Positions 61,501-64,000 of a stretch of DNA of 64,000 nt are shown in pieces. The stretch is from Geosiphon pyriformis uo1. Taxonomy: Eukaryota > Fungi > Glomeromycota. Every line of letters starts with the position of its first letter. The stretch's first letter is position 1. Position numbers and translations under genes: made by a program. The stretch spans positions 105,395 through 169,394 of the forward strand of contig JAAOMT010000175.1 of assembly GCA_016748015.1 (NCBI GenBank), read 5' to 3'. The notes under the pieces were generated by a model. It did no database searches. It was not told where the DNA came from and saw only the letters and a list, made by a program, of their open reading frames with translations.

Positions 61501-64000
61501 AGCTGTTCCTGTTTACATTAATAATATCAGCATTGAAATTAACATAAAAGTATCTGAAGCAAAAAAGTATACTATCATTGTTAACAATAAATAGTTTAAG
61601 AAAGCCAAAGCATTACTTAACTATAAACTTTGTGAACTAACCATCAAATATGATGAAAAGCTTATTGTAGTTAAGTGCTGTTATTGAACAATTTCTTCAA
61701 TACTTAAGCAAAACCAAAAAAAAGAACAATCAGATAAATTAGATGATGATGAAAACAATGAAGAAGAAGATCAAAAAAAACAAGAAAAAACTGTCAAACT
61801 CGTCTATATCATCTTTACTAGCAATAACAAGCCACTAAATAATATCAAAGCTGACAAAAAAAAAATTCTTGTAAATGGCAAGTTGATCTGCTGGCTCTAC
61901 TATGATATCCTCAGAAGAATTTTTGATAGAAAATCTGGCAAGAAAGCCAAATACAGTTATTGGTAACATGGTTTTTGTGCCAAGTGCTGGTGTGATAAAC
62001 TTTTGTATTCTCCTAGTAATGAATACAAGTTCTGTTTAATCTATTACAAAGATTAAAAACCAATTAGTTTGATACCCTAAGAAGAAATAAAAGAAGTGCA
62101 GAAGTCTTTTGAGAATAAACCACCTAAGATACAATTACTTACAATAGAACAAAAAAAATTCTCTTCAGAAGAAAAAAAATAAACATTGAAAATCTGTTGG
62201 CTAAAAATAGCTCAGTTATCTCAAAAAAATAATATCTTTAGACAAATCTATGTAATACAATACACCATTATTACCAAAAAAACTCATCCCATCTATTTAA
62301 AGTCTTATTAATCCAATTAATGCAATAATAAGTTCATCAAAAAAGAAATAACCTGAATGAAAAATCTTGAATTCATACAAAAAACCAAGAATAAATAGGC
62401 TTTTTCAGTTATAATAGTATCCAAAAAAAATAAAATCCTATGCTTTTGTGTTGACTATTACCAACTAAATGTCATTATTATAAAAAATATGTATTTACTC
62501 TCCAAAATTAATGCAATGTTAGATAAATTCAATGGTGCTGTTTTTTTCTCAACTATTGACTTAACTGCTGAATTTTAACAAGTAGAAATAGATTCAGAAA
62601 GTAGAAAAAAAACTGCTTTTATTACCAAGTATGGTACTTATAAATTCATTGTCATGTCTTTTGGTCTTACCAATGCTTCTCTCACTTTTCAATGCTTAAT
62701 GAACAAAGTATTTGAATTAATAAAAAAAAACTTTGTTCTAGTTTATTTGGACAATATAATGATATACTCAAAAAACTGGAATAAATACTTTGAACATTTG
62801 CAGAAAATTTTTGATCTGCTTAGAAATGCTGGCCTCAAAATCAATCCAATCAAATTTTTCTTTGAATGCCAATCCATTTAGTTTCTTGGTTATCTTATTA
62901 CAAAAGATAAAATCTTTCTTGATCCAGCTAAAGTTGAAAAGTTCAAAACATTAAACAACTAATAAATATTCTTAAACTATGCTCTTTCCTTGGTTTGACT
63001 TCTTACTATCACAAATTTATCAAAAATTTCTCCAAAATTGCTTTTTCTCTCAATTAGCTACTCAAAAAAAATATCAATTATTACTGAGGCACTCATCAAC
63101 AAAAAGCATTTAAAACTCTGAAAGAAAAACTTGTTACTAAACCAATTCTTAAGCAACTTAATCTGAACCAATTTTTCATCCTCCATACTAATGTATTTGT
63201 TTATGGACTTGGTACTGTCCTCTTACAAAAAAATAAAAATAGCAGGGAATATGCTATAACATATGCCAATAGATTTTTTACATCAGCAGAAAAGAACTAT
63301 TCAGTTATTGAACAAGAATGTTTAACAGTAGTCTGGGCCACTAATTACTGGGATTAATATCTTTTTGGTGTGAAATTTTTAGTAGCAACAGATTATCAAG
63401 TTTTGGTTTGGCTGTAGAACAAAAAAAAGCTGGAACATAAATAGATAACTTGCTGAATACTCCATTTGGATGAATTTAACTATGATATTCAACACCACAA
63501 AGGAGCTAATCATTAAAATGTTGATGTTCTCTCTAGACTTATTATTCAATAATAGTACAATCTCTCAACCAAACCAACTTAATTATTAGTAAATCTCTCA
63601 TAAACAAACACAATAATAGACTTGGACAATTACTTTGTCTTAATGAAATTTTTGGGTAAAGAACAATATCCACCAGAATACACTTGACAGCAAAGAGAAC
63701 ATTTACACAAACAATTAAATTTCTATTTAATTTGTCAAAACCAATTTTACAAAAGAAATAAAAAAGATCCTAATTGCCTTTAGAGAGTTATTAGATTTGA
63801 AAAAAAAGAAATTGTGATCTATAACATGTACATTAATCCATTAGTTGGACACTTTAAAAAAACAAAAACAATTCAAAAAACTTTAACTCACTATTATTGG
63901 TCTACTTTGGGAAAAAACATTGCTGAATATATAAAAATCTGTGATATTTGTCAAAAAAAAGACAAACCCAATTGCAAAGAAGATATCTATCTAATCTCTG
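58581..64000 (+). mobile_element. Ty3/Gypsy element D (different family, no dUTPase), truncated by the window end
   Basis: LTR 58581-59319 (TGTTACA...ATAACA); PBS-like GGTGCTCCCTGTAAGG near 59328; gag WLDNFKKAA.AN; CYCCGLTKHFSKDC; LILDS; FCVDY; MSFGLTNA; YLDN; RNase H; integrase zinc-binding GHF...YYW...CDIC. Confidence 0.92.
58669..58788 (+). repeat. 12-bp tandem array (GATCATTGACCT, about 10 units) in U3 of LTR D
   Basis: Periodicity is directly visible; TATATAAA follows at 58800. Confidence 0.85.

Noticed and set aside
63540-63620. Split integrase in element D
   Set aside because: The integrase start is in frame with RNase H, and the intervening TAA/TAG can all be CAA/CAG mutations.
1355-64000. 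Idea that the whole window uses an alternative genetic code
   Set aside because: In the transposons, TAA, TAG and TGA all occur and fall at different positions in homologous copies, which indicates mutation. Only 90-1077 shows a TGA-specific pattern.

Overview
This is very AT-rich eukaryotic DNA made almost entirely of nested, mutationally eroded transposons. I see no intact host gene, rRNA, tRNA or CRISPR. The element families resemble those of Glomeromycotina fungi (Geosiphon-like); this is recognition from memory, not a search result. Contents in order: (1) a ~1 kb HAD-superfamily pseudogene that reads only with TGA=Trp, consistent with a Mollicutes-type endobacterial gene at the window edge; (2) four Ty3/Gypsy LTR retrotransposons: A (5'-truncated), B (full-length, nested in A's integrase), C (nested in a LINE, with an internal deletion) and D (runs off the right edge), plus a solo LTR. 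B and C read gag-PR-Cys-rich-dUTPase-RT-RNaseH-STOP; in A, B and C this is followed by a separate integrase ORF and an extra ORF3 of unknown function; (3) RNase H-containing non-LTR retrotransposons (two full-length, two 5'-truncated, two eroded relics) sharing a structured 3' UTR; (4) a hAT transposon and a pogo/Tigger-like transposon carrying ~2.3 kb of cargo. All repeats show pervasive C>T/G>A hypermutation. Most ORF-track entries are fragments or antisense shadows of these pseudogenes.
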